A stretch of DNA of 64,000 bases, from the NCBI GenBank assembly GCA_003344405.1, contig NOWV01000002.1, positions 248,001 through 312,000 of the forward strand, written 5' to 3'. Under the pieces are notes generated by a model. It did no database searches and was not told the origin of the DNA. It worked only from the letters and a program-made list of their open reading frames with translations. Position 1 is the stretch's first letter; the number at the start of each line of letters is the position of its first letter. The stretch is from Trichoplax sp. H2 (taxonomy: Eukaryota). Of the stretch, positions 1 through 14,015 are shown in pieces. The translations under genes and the position numbers were made by a program.

Positions 1-1530
1 TCATAGCAAGCATAACGCCAGGAATCAATCTACTATGTATTGATACTTCTAAAAGGAGACAGTCATACTGACTTTGACAGTGACTTGCTCCGAGACAGCA
101 TCCTGATCTTTTGTCTTTTCCATGTTGCTCACACCAGGATTATAACTGGCAACGCTGCGAAGAAAGTTTGTAAGCAGTGGCCTTTTCCCTTCGCCCTATC
201 GTTGAGGATAAGAGGATATTGCAGATAGTAACAAAAAATGAGTTACGGTGAATGAAAATTCATTCGACATACTTGTATTTTTAACGTTTAACGTAGTGAT
301 AAAGATGACATCATCTTTATGACAATTACAGTATACGTGAAGCAGCATAAAGGGCTAAAATGAAGCTATTACACTGCTCAAAATTTTAACTGCAGATAAT
401 TGTTGTTACCTCATATAAGGCAAGGCCTCCTTCATTCGTTTCGACTACATCACGTGCACGATAAATGTTTTTGAAAGGTTCACCAGTACTTCTCCTATAA
501 TTTACCGCTGGACCATTATAACAATCAATTTAGTGTCTAAATCAGTCCATTGTTGATTTTATATTGCACCATTCTATTTACTGACTATCCATATGCTCTA
601 TTCTTAAGTGATCAGTTATGAAATGGACTATTTGATGTCGTCATAATTTGGTCAATTTCCACGGCCGTCGTCTGTACATGTACAGTACGTGTTCAAGTAG
701 AAAAAGGGCAATTTGATATCACAAGCAATTTCACCAGTATAGTTATCATCAACATCAACTCTGTTATTCTTAATGGGTATCAACATCTATTGGTAAAGTA
801 CTAACGCAACATTCAATTAGATATTTCACAAGGAAGTCGCAGCAAGTGGTTGTCCATGTATGGAATGATGATGATATTAATTCATTATATCATTAGCTAT
901 CTCAACTGCATTCTATTCCATCATGAGTACGTAACAGTCAGTCATTCATGAAGGTTCACTATACTTGTTACTGTCTCTATCTACTCTACTTGAATCATTT
1001 TAAAGAATATGGCGAAAGTAGTAGGCTACACATATACAGTAAACGAAAGCAGTGAACATCGATGAACGCGTTGAAAATGAATTAATACAGTCCAGTTGCA
1101 TACGAATAGAGTAAATGAGTACAGTAATGCGTTGAGCAAGGACTTTGTACTCCTTCTATGTTTAGCAATGATACGTCTCTAGTTTGAATAGTCGTTGTCA
1201 TTTCATCAGTACATTGAACATCACTATGATAGCTGTATTTATCCCACGAATGGCTGAAAATAAAAACGAGGCATAAAGAACTAGTACTACCCTAACTCGT
1301 GTCCATAGCCTCAAAATGATATGGGTAGCCAAGGGCGACCGATTATTCGAACACGACCAAGTCCAACAACGCATTCAATATGAATATGCACCCTTCTCGA
1401 CTAACATGATACTATAATACCATCAGCAGAAATACTCACCATGATCATCTAAGTGTATCTCTACAAAGTCACCCTCATTGACCTGGTTATTTTCTGTTCT
1501 TAGATCATATTTGCCAGAATTGCGAGCCAT
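1..1530 (-). CDS. 5' exons of a probable SLC12 potassium-chloride cotransporter (KCC, SLC12A4-7-like); continues beyond window start
   Basis: Phase-consistent exons 1530-1440 (MARNSGKYDLRTENNQVNEGDFVEIHLDDH), 507-410 and 195-73 give ...GGLALYEGEGKRPLLTNFLRSVASYNPGVSNMEK..., resembling the KCC N-terminal motif LALFEEE..RP.VSSLL.KL.SY.N..QG. Transmembrane part is outside the window. Confidence 0.55.
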
Positions 1531-2943
1531 TTTCCCAATTTTGGAGGATTGAAAACTTTTCCAAGATGACCTTCAGCATCTCTCATGGTACGCAAGCTGT
1601 CCAAACAGTCCCTTGATATTACAGTGTACAGTACTGTACACTGTAACAGTACTGAAGCCCACTCTAAGCAAAATGGATGTCATTGGTTGTGGCTCATTGA
1701 CTATGCCATACTTGTACGCTTTAGGAAAAGAGTGGATAAAGCTATCTTTGTACCCTGTACTGTACAGGCCTAGAACAGATCTATCCACTTATTTCATTGA
1801 TCTCTATGGATAAGGTAATGTCTGTTACTTAGCTCTGATAGTGACAGTACAGCACAGATTTCGAGCAGGAACTCTTCAAGATCGGAGGTCTTACGATATG
1901 AACGAAAAGCTGACAGGGTGACATCCGTTTCCACGCAGAATGTCTCACTGGGCTACAATGCAATGTACTGTACTTAATTGGGCGTGACCTGCTACTGTAA
2001 CAGTTAGTTAACACTCGGACAATAATCACGTGATATAGTAACATTTCCAGTTGCCTTGATACAGTTTAGATTGAAAAATCCACGATAAAAATTGCCTTAG
2101 TGACCTCATTTTCACAAAACAGTCAGTCTATGAGGACTGCAAATGACCTACGCTGTACACTGTACAGTAGCATAGCCAGAAAAGAACTTGTCAATAATAT
2201 TGATACTGGCTACATCGACATTTCGTGCTGAAAAGCCCACCTGCGTCCACAGTATAACATACTGTAATTCAGGTTTGTACTGTACACTGTGGCATCGGGT
2301 GATTAACGGCTTCACCAATACGCATGTGTAAACAATTTCAAATTTTCCTCATCCTTTAAAATTTCGATTCATTATTATTATTTAAACAAACATACAGTAC
2401 AGCAGCAGCGTAGCATAGCATAGCATCTACAGTTATATAATCTGTCCATACAAAGGAGAAGAAATTAAGTTGATTTATTTCCATTTGAATCAATTCTACG
2501 CAGTTGAATTAATAGCAAGAACTTGCATACCCAATAGAATGCAATGCAGTGCTTAGATCAAAATTACAGTAGATGTGATGTACGTATCTAGGAAACCGCA
2601 GTACGAATCGATTAAAAGTAGCAATTTTCGATAACATCTCAAGAATCAGGTAAGAGAGGCTCTTAATGTACAAGGATGATATTATCATGGTGTTGTCATA
2701 GACTACTTGTATAGTAACAGCGATTCGATTCAATCTTGCATTCGATAGAGTAACGGTAGGATTGATCAATATTTCTAAACATATTGTTGTAGAGAAATCT
2801 CGGACCTGCGTCCAAACATTGCAAGCATACGAAATCCAAAACAGCGATTGATTAGCAGCTAAAAGAGCTTGTCATAATACTCATTCAAGACATTTTTAGT
2901 ACTGGAAATTTCGTTCAAATTACATCGTCTTGACTTGATAACG

Positions 2944-5900
2944 ATGCAACATTTAGACTTATTCAAGAAAAGCCATGGCAGTATATGGCATCGAAAGCCA
3001 ATAGCATCGAGTGAAGATGGGTAAGTTGATTCGTTACCTTACTGATATAGAATAGACCGAAATGATAATAGCTATCCAATTCACTAGCGTTACAGTAAAC
3101 TCAATCGACTACTAATTCTAATCGAATATTTCTTACTACTCTACTGTATTAGCACAGTACCTACGTACTTACTGCTGTATAATATAATAATATTTACATA
3201 CATCTAAATTTTTTAACTTTGTTAGACTCCTCCTGACTATTACACGTAGTAGCTTACGTGCTTTTACACCAGGAGGTAACCGAACAATTCGGTTTACCCA
3301 AGTAGCATTTGACCGATCTGGTCAACAATTTTTAGCGAGTGATCAACAAGGCAATCTCTATCAATTCAATTTAGCTAAAAACAAGTAAGATCAAAATCAC
3401 TGATTTATATTTAGAAGAATACATTTTCCATCATTATCAGCTATAGATAAGTGATGGATGAAAGCTGATATTAATTAATAAAAGGATACCAACATCTGCA
3501 TCGATCTATATAACGATTCTTAATGATATCGACACTGTCTTTAACAGGCTATGAATTTATTTGAACAGGTTTAAATCATTATTGAATACTGGTGTTCCAT
3601 GCACAACTTTATCATTTAATCTTCAACGAAAGAATGAAGCCCTCGTAGCATTGTCTGACTGTTTGCTAAAATGTTATGATATCAGTAAGTCATTTTGGTT
3701 TAACTCTGTTTGATTTGAATACAGTAGAATTCCAAATTATAAGAAACACATCTATCGTTTAACTTTCTTTCATGCCTGCGTTATTTATAGCGTATCAAGG
3801 CGTTCAATATTCAAATATTCATGAAATAGATAATTACAGATGACTATATCAAGAATTGCAGTGATCATCATGACTAGAAAAACATCCGCTATCTATCGAT
3901 AATAAAAATCTTAGATAACTTTTTATTACACTGATCTTGATTGGCCTGAGAATATTACAAACTTAATTTTTTTTGTCCTGGTTGCTATATAAAAATATGA
4001 TATACGTACTACTGTAGTCTATTGAAACAGTTACAATACTATACCATCAATCTCTATTTATATCATGCAACAAATCACAAATAATAATTTGCATTTGACT
4101 ACATATGTAATCATCAATGAAGTATAGAATTCTAAAGTCAAAGTGTATAATATCAGTACGCTTGATTTAGTAATTTTACCTACTGGTATAGTTAGCAAAA
4201 GATGTGATAATTACTCTACGTTATTTTTCTATAATTAATTATTTAGCAACAAAAGAAGTTGTGTGTTGGATGAAGGGTCACGATACGGCTATAAATTCAA
4301 TTTCCATCCATTCATCTGGTCGTTATGCGTTAACAGCATCGAATAAAGTTGCTCATTTATGGGACTTAGAGACATTTACGCATCAAAGAACGCTAAATGG
4401 AGCTCAAAAAGTTGGCATTATGAAGGTAAATAATATAATATGTATGTAAAAAAATATTCGGCGATATATATCTCTCTAAGTGATTAATGTGAAACTAAAA
4501 TAATTGTTAAACTATTTACTAACATTGCCACAAATAGGCAGTAGTCACATAGTTACACCACCGAATGGTGCATGTAGATATATTAGAAAGAAAAGAATTA
4601 CCTATACTTTCAACACATCAATTAAGTGATTAGGCGTCTACTGCAGCGAAATATTTGTATTATATCAAATATTATCATACGAGTATCATGCACTTCTTCT
4701 ACGAAATGTACATGAAAGAGAGAATATTATTTCCCTGAACTATTCTTCATTAGACTTTAAATTGATGTTTATTATCATTAAAAACTATATGCCGATATAT
4801 TTAATGGAATGATCTATTGAATCGTAGGTTTGTTTCTTACCTTCCTCCAACAATATCTTAACATGCTTCAAAGATGATACTATCTTTGTTTGGGATATGG
4901 AAAATTTACAATGTCAGTACCAATTGCCAGTGCCACCCGGTAAAAATAAGCCATGCTATCGTAGTTTAGCTACAACCAGTGATGGTCAATACTTAATTGC
5001 TGGTGGAAGGTATGATCACATACAATTTTCTCCTCGATAACATAAGCTATACTAATATAAGTAATTATGATCTTGTTTACCGTGTAATGAATACAAATCG
5101 ATTAACATCACTATTTTAGATCACGATTTCTTCATCTATGGACACTGGAAAACAAAAGATTGATTCGAATTATTCAATTACCCCTATGTGTTAAAAATGT
5201 TAAACTTATCGCATTTCTACCCGATAGTCTGGATACAAGTTCAAGTCAGGTATATAAATTAATCAATAAACGTTATGTTATCAACATTAACTGTTAAGCT
5301 ATTGTAATCATAAGTAAAAATACTTATGGATACAATTCTGCAAAATAATTGATTATCATAACTTCTAATAAGAACCCGCTTATTGTATTTATTTATAGAC
5401 TGTTGGTGTTCTATCCCAAGATGGTATTATGCGCTTCATTAATATTCACAACTGTAATCTCCTTTTCGAAATTGGAACTCAAAACAACGTATATATGATT
5501 ATAATAATTATTGCTTTACCCTTCTTTAAAAATATGGATGGATGATAAATCTTATTATTCCCTTTAGCCTATTCACCAAGCTACAATCAACTCAAATGGA
5601 AGATATGTTTTAGCTCTTATGGGAAATGGTAACATAAATTTGTATAGCATAGCAAGTTTATCAACAGAAATTAAGAAGGTATTTGTAGAGATTTAAAATT
5701 TGAAACTCATATTTCAGTAAATTTGAACAGTAATTTCAAAAGTAATGTTATCTCAATTTAGCCTCCGGAACCCATTACCAAAGCGGTCATAGTTAAAGAT
5801 AAAGATGCATCGTCAACTGCTACTAATCGCGATAAACCAGCACGATATGCTGATTTGCATGGGATAGCTCCAGAGGATATAAATAAAAATATTAATTGGA

Positions 5901-8900
5901 ATGGACCTCAAGCAGTGATTAGTAAAAATACTGATCGTTGGAACAAGGATTTAGAATTAGCAGTTACGAATAGACCAATTGTAAAGCGAAATTATCGGCA
6001 AACATCGAAGGTAATACATACTTTAAACTAAATTAGTTTAAATTTATCTTAAATTTTCGAATGTGTTTAATCAATAGTTATAAAACTAGTGATGATTCAC
6101 AAAAGTAAATCTAATGCTCTATGCGACTTTTATTAACTTTTTAGAGCAACGATTTATATGACCGTCTTGACATTAAAAGATTACATAGGATCTTAAAAGG
6201 GTTTGGAGAGTATCCATCAAAGTATAGGTATGCCATAAATCGATATAATCCGTCTTTATTCTGTAATACATTAGGTAGTTACTGACATCATTTATATTTC
6301 TTTCTCATTCTTTACATTTCAGAATTTTTATATGGCGTTCATTACTTAAACTACCGGAAAATCATGAATGCTATAGTAATCTAATCGAGAAAGGAACACA
6401 TTCAGCCTTTATAAAACTAGATGAAGAGTACCCAATTAAAAGCAGGAAACTACTAAATAACCTCCAAAAGTAAACAAGAATAGAATTATGCATTTCGTAT
6501 ATCGTAGGAAGAATTAAATTAGTATTTTTAATAGGATATAGGTTTAATGAACATTCAAGGATTCTATATATTGATATTCCAAATTAGATAATTGAATGCT
6601 TTACGGTATATAGTAGGAGCATCTAACTTGATATAAGAAAATTATCTTTCTAACTTATGATCATTCATGTATATGCTACAGAACTTTATCTGCACTGGCT
6701 CACTGGTCTCCAATATTTGGTGAAGTCCATTACCTGCCTTTGCTAATCTTTCCGTTCGTTAAATTATTTCAAAATAATCATCTGATATGTTTTGAAGTTA
6801 TCGCTACTATTATAGGTATCGTATTGTAGCGTATATTAATTATTTAATTCAACACTAATATGTAGTCTTTAATAGGGTATTGAACAGATTTTTAATACTT
6901 CTTAGTGAATTGGTGCCAGAAATGGTTTGAGTTTTTTCCGAATCCTCCTATTAATATCTTGAGTTCTATCGAAAACATGCTAGGAGCTCATGACTCCGAA
7001 TTACTTGATCATTTTATTCGAAATAAAATAAAATCACAGGTGTTTAAGCTTAATACTCGCTAATTGATATCTTTGTAGCTTTCACTTCTTATTTATTTAC
7101 ATTTATGGTACTAATTAATCTCTTAAATCCTTCCAGATCTACGCTTGGCCTTTATTAGAGACACTTTTTTCTGAAGTATTAACGAAAGAGGAATGGCTAA
7201 TATTATGGGATCATATCTTGTCCAATCATCCATCATTTTTACTTTCATTAGTTGTCGCATATCTTACGTGTTCGCGTCGTGCTCTGCTTCATTGTAATGA
7301 GAAAGAAGATTTCAAGGTAATGTACTAATTTAGTAAAACTGACATACTGTATTAATTATGACTGTTATATGAATACGCTACATATTGAGATAATAGTTGA
7401 CATATGAAATTCTACTTCAGAGGATAATGTAAGATGTAATTTCTATTAATGATAAAAACTTTATTCTTTGTGGTGCATTAATTTAATTTAATAATTAATA
7501 GTTTAAGATGGTAAGATAAACGATTACTTAATGTGATCGTATGATACTGTATATGCAGTTTTGTATTCATGTAGTAGATATAAATACAGTATTAAACACT
7601 ACATATATGTTATCGAAATATATTGATCGAAATTTACCTTAACGTATTTATTTACAATTAGCCATAATTTTTGAACGCAAGTCATCATAATTAACTGAAG
7701 AGAATAATAATACTCATTTATATGATTGTACTTCCTATAAATAATAAATGAGTTCATCAATGAACACTAATTGATGGATTGGTTATGCGATTTAGTTTTA
7801 TTTCCACCATCGTAATGCCGTGAATATTAAATCCATAATCGAAGAAGCTTATCAAATACATAGTACTACACCCAAAAATCTTCATCCCAAGTATAAACTA
7901 CAGGGCTTCGAGCCAATAACAAGTGGACAATATCCAATATTTAATAAATATCCTAAATTTATTATTAACTATCAAGTGAGTGACCGCTTTAAAATTTTAT
8001 CAGACCTACGAAAAATTATTTACTCTATATTTTAAGATTAAGCTCCTTTATATATTATACTTGAAAGGCCAAGGAACGTAACAGAATATTGTGTGAGGAA
8101 ATGGAGTATCTTAAGCAGAGGTATGTTTCTATAAACTATCCAACAACATCTAGACTTCCTTTATTTTGTTCCATAGTTATAATTCATTATAAATGTAAAA
8201 TACTGCTATAGACAAATCGCTCTAGAGCTACAAAAGGAAACTGAGCAAAAAATACTTGAAGAAAATGCATGGCGTCGTAATCAACAATTACTATCAGAAG
8301 CAGAAACGCAGCGGCGAATGATGATAAAAACTGAAGAAGATAAGCTACTAAATCAGAAATCAAGGTCATTTATGTATTATGTAGCTTTTATTACTATCAA
8401 TTATATGTTATTGATATCATATTTGATTTGGGTTTCATATTAATTTTATACATAATTTATTCATAGACTACAAGCAATGAAGCGAGAACTTGTAATGAAA
8501 GAATTACAATTGCTAGATGCTGCTAGACGTAACGTTCTTCACGATGACAAAGTACAAAAAGAAAACGAAGTTAAAAGATTAGATGAAGAATTGGAGAGAA
8601 TAGTAAATAACTGAATATTTATTAACACCTCATATCGCAACAATTACGGTGTGGAAACAAATATCGTATATGAATTCAAAATAATGATTCCCAATTATTT
8701 TCATTTATTAATTAGTCCAAACGAAGAGAAGAAGAAACAAGAAGTGCACTAGCGGAGATGGAATTAAAAGCATTAGAGCTGCGTGTACAAAAAGAAATGT
8801 TTACACAGGTAGAGCCATTTTTACATTGTTCTATATATCAATATTAGAATATTGATGATAGTAATGCTAGCACTCACATGTTGAAATAGTATTTGCACTG

Positions 8901-10604
8901 AAAAATGTATTTATACAGATGATAGTATACAGTATGTATCATTGATAATGCTACTACTATTACCTAGCTATTGTATGTATTGACATATAACGGCAATTAA
9001 AATTTTACTTCGTTTTGATAACAGGAATTGGCACGTGAACAATCGAAAAATGTCTTACATTCTAAAGCTGATTTAGATGCTAGAAGAAATCAAGTAGAAA
9101 TTAAAGACTATCTCGTTGAAAGAGAACGGCAGAAGATCGAAAATGACTTAAATGAGAGACGAAAGGTCTGTATTCTTGAACTTAAGAGATTAAAACTACT
9201 GATAACTATTTTAGTAACACTTGCAATCACCATCGAATAGATAATGCTATATTCTTCTTTTATGTTCATTCATTTTTATTTGCATCTTTTTACATTGTCA
9301 ACCACAGACTAACTTAGAAAAACTCGCCAAGGCACAGCAGAAAGCTAATAGCTTTAAAAACCAATATGAACTAAATTACAGAAATAGAATACATGACCTA
9401 GAACAAGAAATGCAACATTTAACGGTGGCTATAATTTCTGTTTATGTCATACTGTTCTGATATGAGTGAATCTGTCTCAAATCAATAAGTAACATCAAAA
9501 ATATGAACTTATAGCTTTCTCACCAAGCAAAACTAAATAAAGTTGAAGATGATGAGGTGGAAGCAATTATGAAAATGATTGAAAAGGATTCGGTAAATGT
9601 TAACACGAATGTGTAGATTTTTTGATAGTTGCTTCTTGCACGATATAGTAAATCTTTCCAGAAATCATAATAGGAGCTTTTATGATTGATGATGGCAGCA
9701 GCCTAAAACACTTCATAGACCTTAATTTATATTATTTTTTATGTATGAGTATTTGATAGCATTTATTTACATATTTAAGTATTGCGTAGCACTATTTACC
9801 TATACATTATTCATATACCGGTATACCTTAGAAATATGCTTCTAGATGACCTTTCGCAAGTTAGAATATACTAATTTTGTAATTGTATAGCTATTTATAC
9901 AGTTAGCAGGGTGTTATTGTATTCTATGCTAACCATCTCCAAATGATCTTAGAAAAATACCACTGAGAAGTATCAAGAAGAGTTACTAAAATTGAATAAA
10001 CCATTGGAAGCTAAAATTTTACGAAAATATGGTGAGTTACATGCCACCGTTTGCTATAGATATAATGGAAATACACTTTACATTGTTAATGTTATGTATC
10101 ACATAATTTATCCTACGCCTTTTTATATATTTATTTTATATATATATATATAAATGTATGACTGTTGTACTTAAATCATGTAGAAGAAGATAACGATAAA
10201 GAAAGAGAAGAAGTAACTAACGTAGGGAATGTACGTCATTCCGTTAATCCACTAATTGCAACTACTGATGAAAGATTTTTGATAAGTCGAGGTGGTTCAG
10301 ACTTGCCCACTGAGCGTAAGTACTTTGTACTGTGTGGCTTTAGGATCTGTTTTCAAAGCTAATAGCGTATCATGATCGAATTAAATATATTTTACTTTAA
10401 TTTTACAAGTTAGCTTTAAGATGAGCATGCTAACCTCGGTATATTTTATTATTTTAAGATCATGTTATACCAGATTTTGAGCAAAGAAAAAAATTTGAAA
10501 GGCAAGAAGTAGCTTTACTATCTGATGTAAACAAGCTAAGGAGTAAAATTGCTGCCTCAAATCGACAATTTTCAAAAGAATCTGATGATAGTGGTTCGAG
10601 ATAA
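2944..10604 (+). CDS. TBC1D31: TBC1 domain family member 31 (WD40 + TBC + coiled coil; WDR67), multi-exon
   Basis: Starts MQHLDLFKKSHGSIWHRKP. WD exons include TKEVVCWMKGHDTAINSISIHSSGRYALTAS. TBC exons include LKGFGEYPSKYR, LAHWSPIF, NWCQKWFEFFPNPP and YAWPLLETLFSEVL. Coiled-coil exons follow; TAA at 10602-10604. Canonical GT-AG introns. Confidence 0.93.
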
Positions 10605-13600
10605 ATCCATAGATTTAAATTTCTTCTTTGACTCGAATAAAAAGTGTCGAAATATATCTACATACAACTTATTTGATCGAAAACCTTAGTTCTATAAACC
10701 CAATTCATGTCCCTCTCGTTGTAACAAAGATGCCTTGCTCATAACTATGAATATAATAAATTCAATTAACGATTTAGATAAATTAATGAAAGATAAGATT
10801 TCAATATATATTAGGGTACTTTTATTGGATTGTGCCACTACTGTATTTAATTCATCATTTGTCGGTAGCTTAAGCACTATAAACAGTCAGCTAAGTATAA
10901 AAAATTTTTCAGATTTTCACCGTACGTATGGAGAAAACGAATGATCTCATCATGAACTTTATTAATGCAGTATTTTCCTTTTATAACTGTTGTAACAGTC
11001 ACCTTTTTTAACGATATTTCTATATACAAGTAAATTATTGCACCATACTCGAAAATGTTTTATTTATCAATATTTTCTCTGCAATTGTAATAAGAAAATG
11101 ACGATATTATCCTAGATAAGCTATTATGCATTATACATTTAGTAGTTGTTACAACTAAGTGTTTATAGCTTGCTTTATGATTTCACTTATCCAAGAATAG
11201 GAAAATTGTAAACATGTCATGATAGCAAACTATGAAACAGGTAATACGACAATACATAGAGTATTATCTTGCATCGATATTGAGATACTATTGTATTCTG
11301 TATAAATTTTATCTATCTAGTAAAAGTGTGCTAGCACTCAATATCAAGCTGAATAAACATGAAACATACTGTACTCGTATGCAGTAGTTCTACTATTGTA
11401 GTTATTCTTCTAATTATACGTTCTTGCAATCATGCACTTCTATATTGCTTATCTATAATTATAATATGCTGTAATTGTGGTTAAATCTAATGACAAATAA
11501 TCTGCATCTTTCTCCTTTCGAAAGACTTACGAGTCCAGAAGAATTCCCAATGTATTTTTTTGCAAGTCCAAGATTTTTATCTTAAACTACAGTGCAGTTC
11601 TATTTAGTTTAGAACTTTTCTTTTCCACATAGTATTGTGCATTTATCAAGGCTACTTTGCTAATAATGATCCCAATAACATAATATGTACAACGCGACGT
11701 GACATCTAAAATACTAGCAGATTAATCAGATTTATAGTATTGTAAATAAAGTCACCCTTTTTAAGCTACAGTTAAGCCTCGATTACAAATCTTACATACC
11801 ATCTCGCTCTATTACTAATAACGAACATACTTGTACATGATTATCTATTGAAAAAATAAATTTAAATACGTTTTACATAAATATTAGTCCCTGTCTCCAT
11901 ATGGTTCATTCGTATTTTACATGATAAAGAGATTGTGTCATCTACTTGTGATAGAAAGTTATCATTTTCAATCTATATTTATCCATGTATAGGATTTGTA
12001 ACGTTCTTCATGCAATTGCATGGAAATGAAAAAACTTATTTACAGAGATGGCATAATGAATCTGTTTTTCTCATAATATGATTTATGTAGCTATATGCTG
12101 TAATACGATTATACTACAAAATTTCGGCCAAGCAAATTCTATTCCAGGTAATAAAGTTATAATTTAAATCAAAAACATATCGTACAGTACTACTAGCAGC
12201 AGAAAGAGTTTTAGACTCAACTTCTCAAAATTCCAACGTTTAAATTGTTTCAATATACGTGTACATATTTAAATTATGTTTCTTTTATTTATTTATTCCT
12301 TCTTCTACTTTCCATACGGGTATATAATACTTATGTGAAATAGGAGTAATTTATAAAATTTTTATGTATTTAATTATTTATGCATTTTCTTAACGATTCA
12401 TAGTGTAGGTTCATGAAATCGGTTTAGTTATTAAGTCAAATTTTTAATCTTTTTCCCATTTTGATTATGTAGGTATGTCTACGCAATTACGCATACTAAG
12501 TAATTGATGGTCAATCGTCTGTTAATCTTACACACTACTCTTATTTCCTACTACGGATGGCAACGTCATTTGACTGTTCTGTCCAAGTAAACATAACCAA
12601 CAGATCCTTGTTAACTAAAGTATCCATATAAAGGACAGATTTATTATGGTCAGCTCATTAAAATTCACTTTAGCTTTTCATGAAGCTATGACATGAAGAA
12701 ACTACAGTAGCTAGCTTTGTAATACTTCAAGTGTCGATTAAAATCTCTATCTAATCGCTATGGGAAGCTACCCTTGTCTTCTAGCCAATACCAAATTTCA
12801 GATCGAAAATGCTGACAAAATGAGATAGATATTGTTTACTGCTCTAGCCTCTAGCCTGGGTTGTGATTTATATATATATATGCAGTACTAGTCCGTCTTG
12901 CCAACCTGCATATCCAACTGTGTATTCAAAATATAATTTATTTACACATATTACCCCATAAGGTCCGATGTTTGCAACTTGCTATACTGTAAGCTGTTAG
13001 TGAGCCTGTTAGCGTAGACAGTATACACAGTTTAGTAGACGTATCTGAACTCTAGGCGTTGCATACTCGCATACTATCAATCGTATTTATCACAGACAGC
13101 ATACTCAATGCCATTGCTACAGAATGATGCAAAAAAAATGTCCATTGGTAGACTTTTGTATCGTGTCGAATGTCATCAATCACTGCTACTAACGATATTC
13201 TACTCATTCCAATGCAGCCTTTGCTTCAGCAATGGTATCGAAAAACTAGCTAGTTCCCTCTCGTTTTGATGACCATCTCTACTGGGGTGCTGTCTCTATT
13301 CTCTACAGTAGTTGATACCCATAATTCAGATCGAAGATGGAAGATAAAGTTAGAAAAATGCTATGCAGCAGCCATTGCTCACCGTTTAGGGTTAACATCC
13401 TTCCTACCTTCTATACTCTGGTACAAGGTCACGAGATGGACCAGACGTCCAGGCGTCCACAACGCTACAGTACAGTACTCTGAAGTTGTGAACAAATCAG
13501 CGTAGAAAGTACTGTAAAAGCAGGCCTAGTTAGGACCTCAATGATCGGGATGGAAGGATGGATATCTGCCAATTTGGGGCCCCGCTCACCATTTTGCGGT

Positions 13601-14015
13601 AGCCATCTCCGATGGATTGATTCAATATTATGGTTTTACCATCGAATTATCGTGAATTATTCTACAATTTAATATTTATAATCTAGAATTAGTGGTCACT
13701 TGTGAGGTAAGATGATAGATCAGCAAATTTAGGTGTTGTTATTCACTACAACACATAGTACAGTACAGTACACAAACCAATTGAGTCGTTATCGATAAAG
13801 CGCATGAACTTTCCAGCCTATCCATTTAAATTACTTAAAGCGTTGAAATTTTGTACTACTTGGCCTGATGATAACCATAATGTCGTGAATGAGCTAACTG
13901 TAGAGAAAGACAGAGCTGAGTTATAGACTCGAATACTGCAATTACTATGCTGTGAAATTATTTATCGCTAGTTAACAGAAAACGATCATCTTTATAACCT
14001 TATTCTCCTGAAAGA

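Noticed and set aside
10692..10944. Overlapping ORFs on both strands after TBC1D31
   Set aside because: Short, no recognisable homology or exon chain; probably 3' UTR or intergenic.
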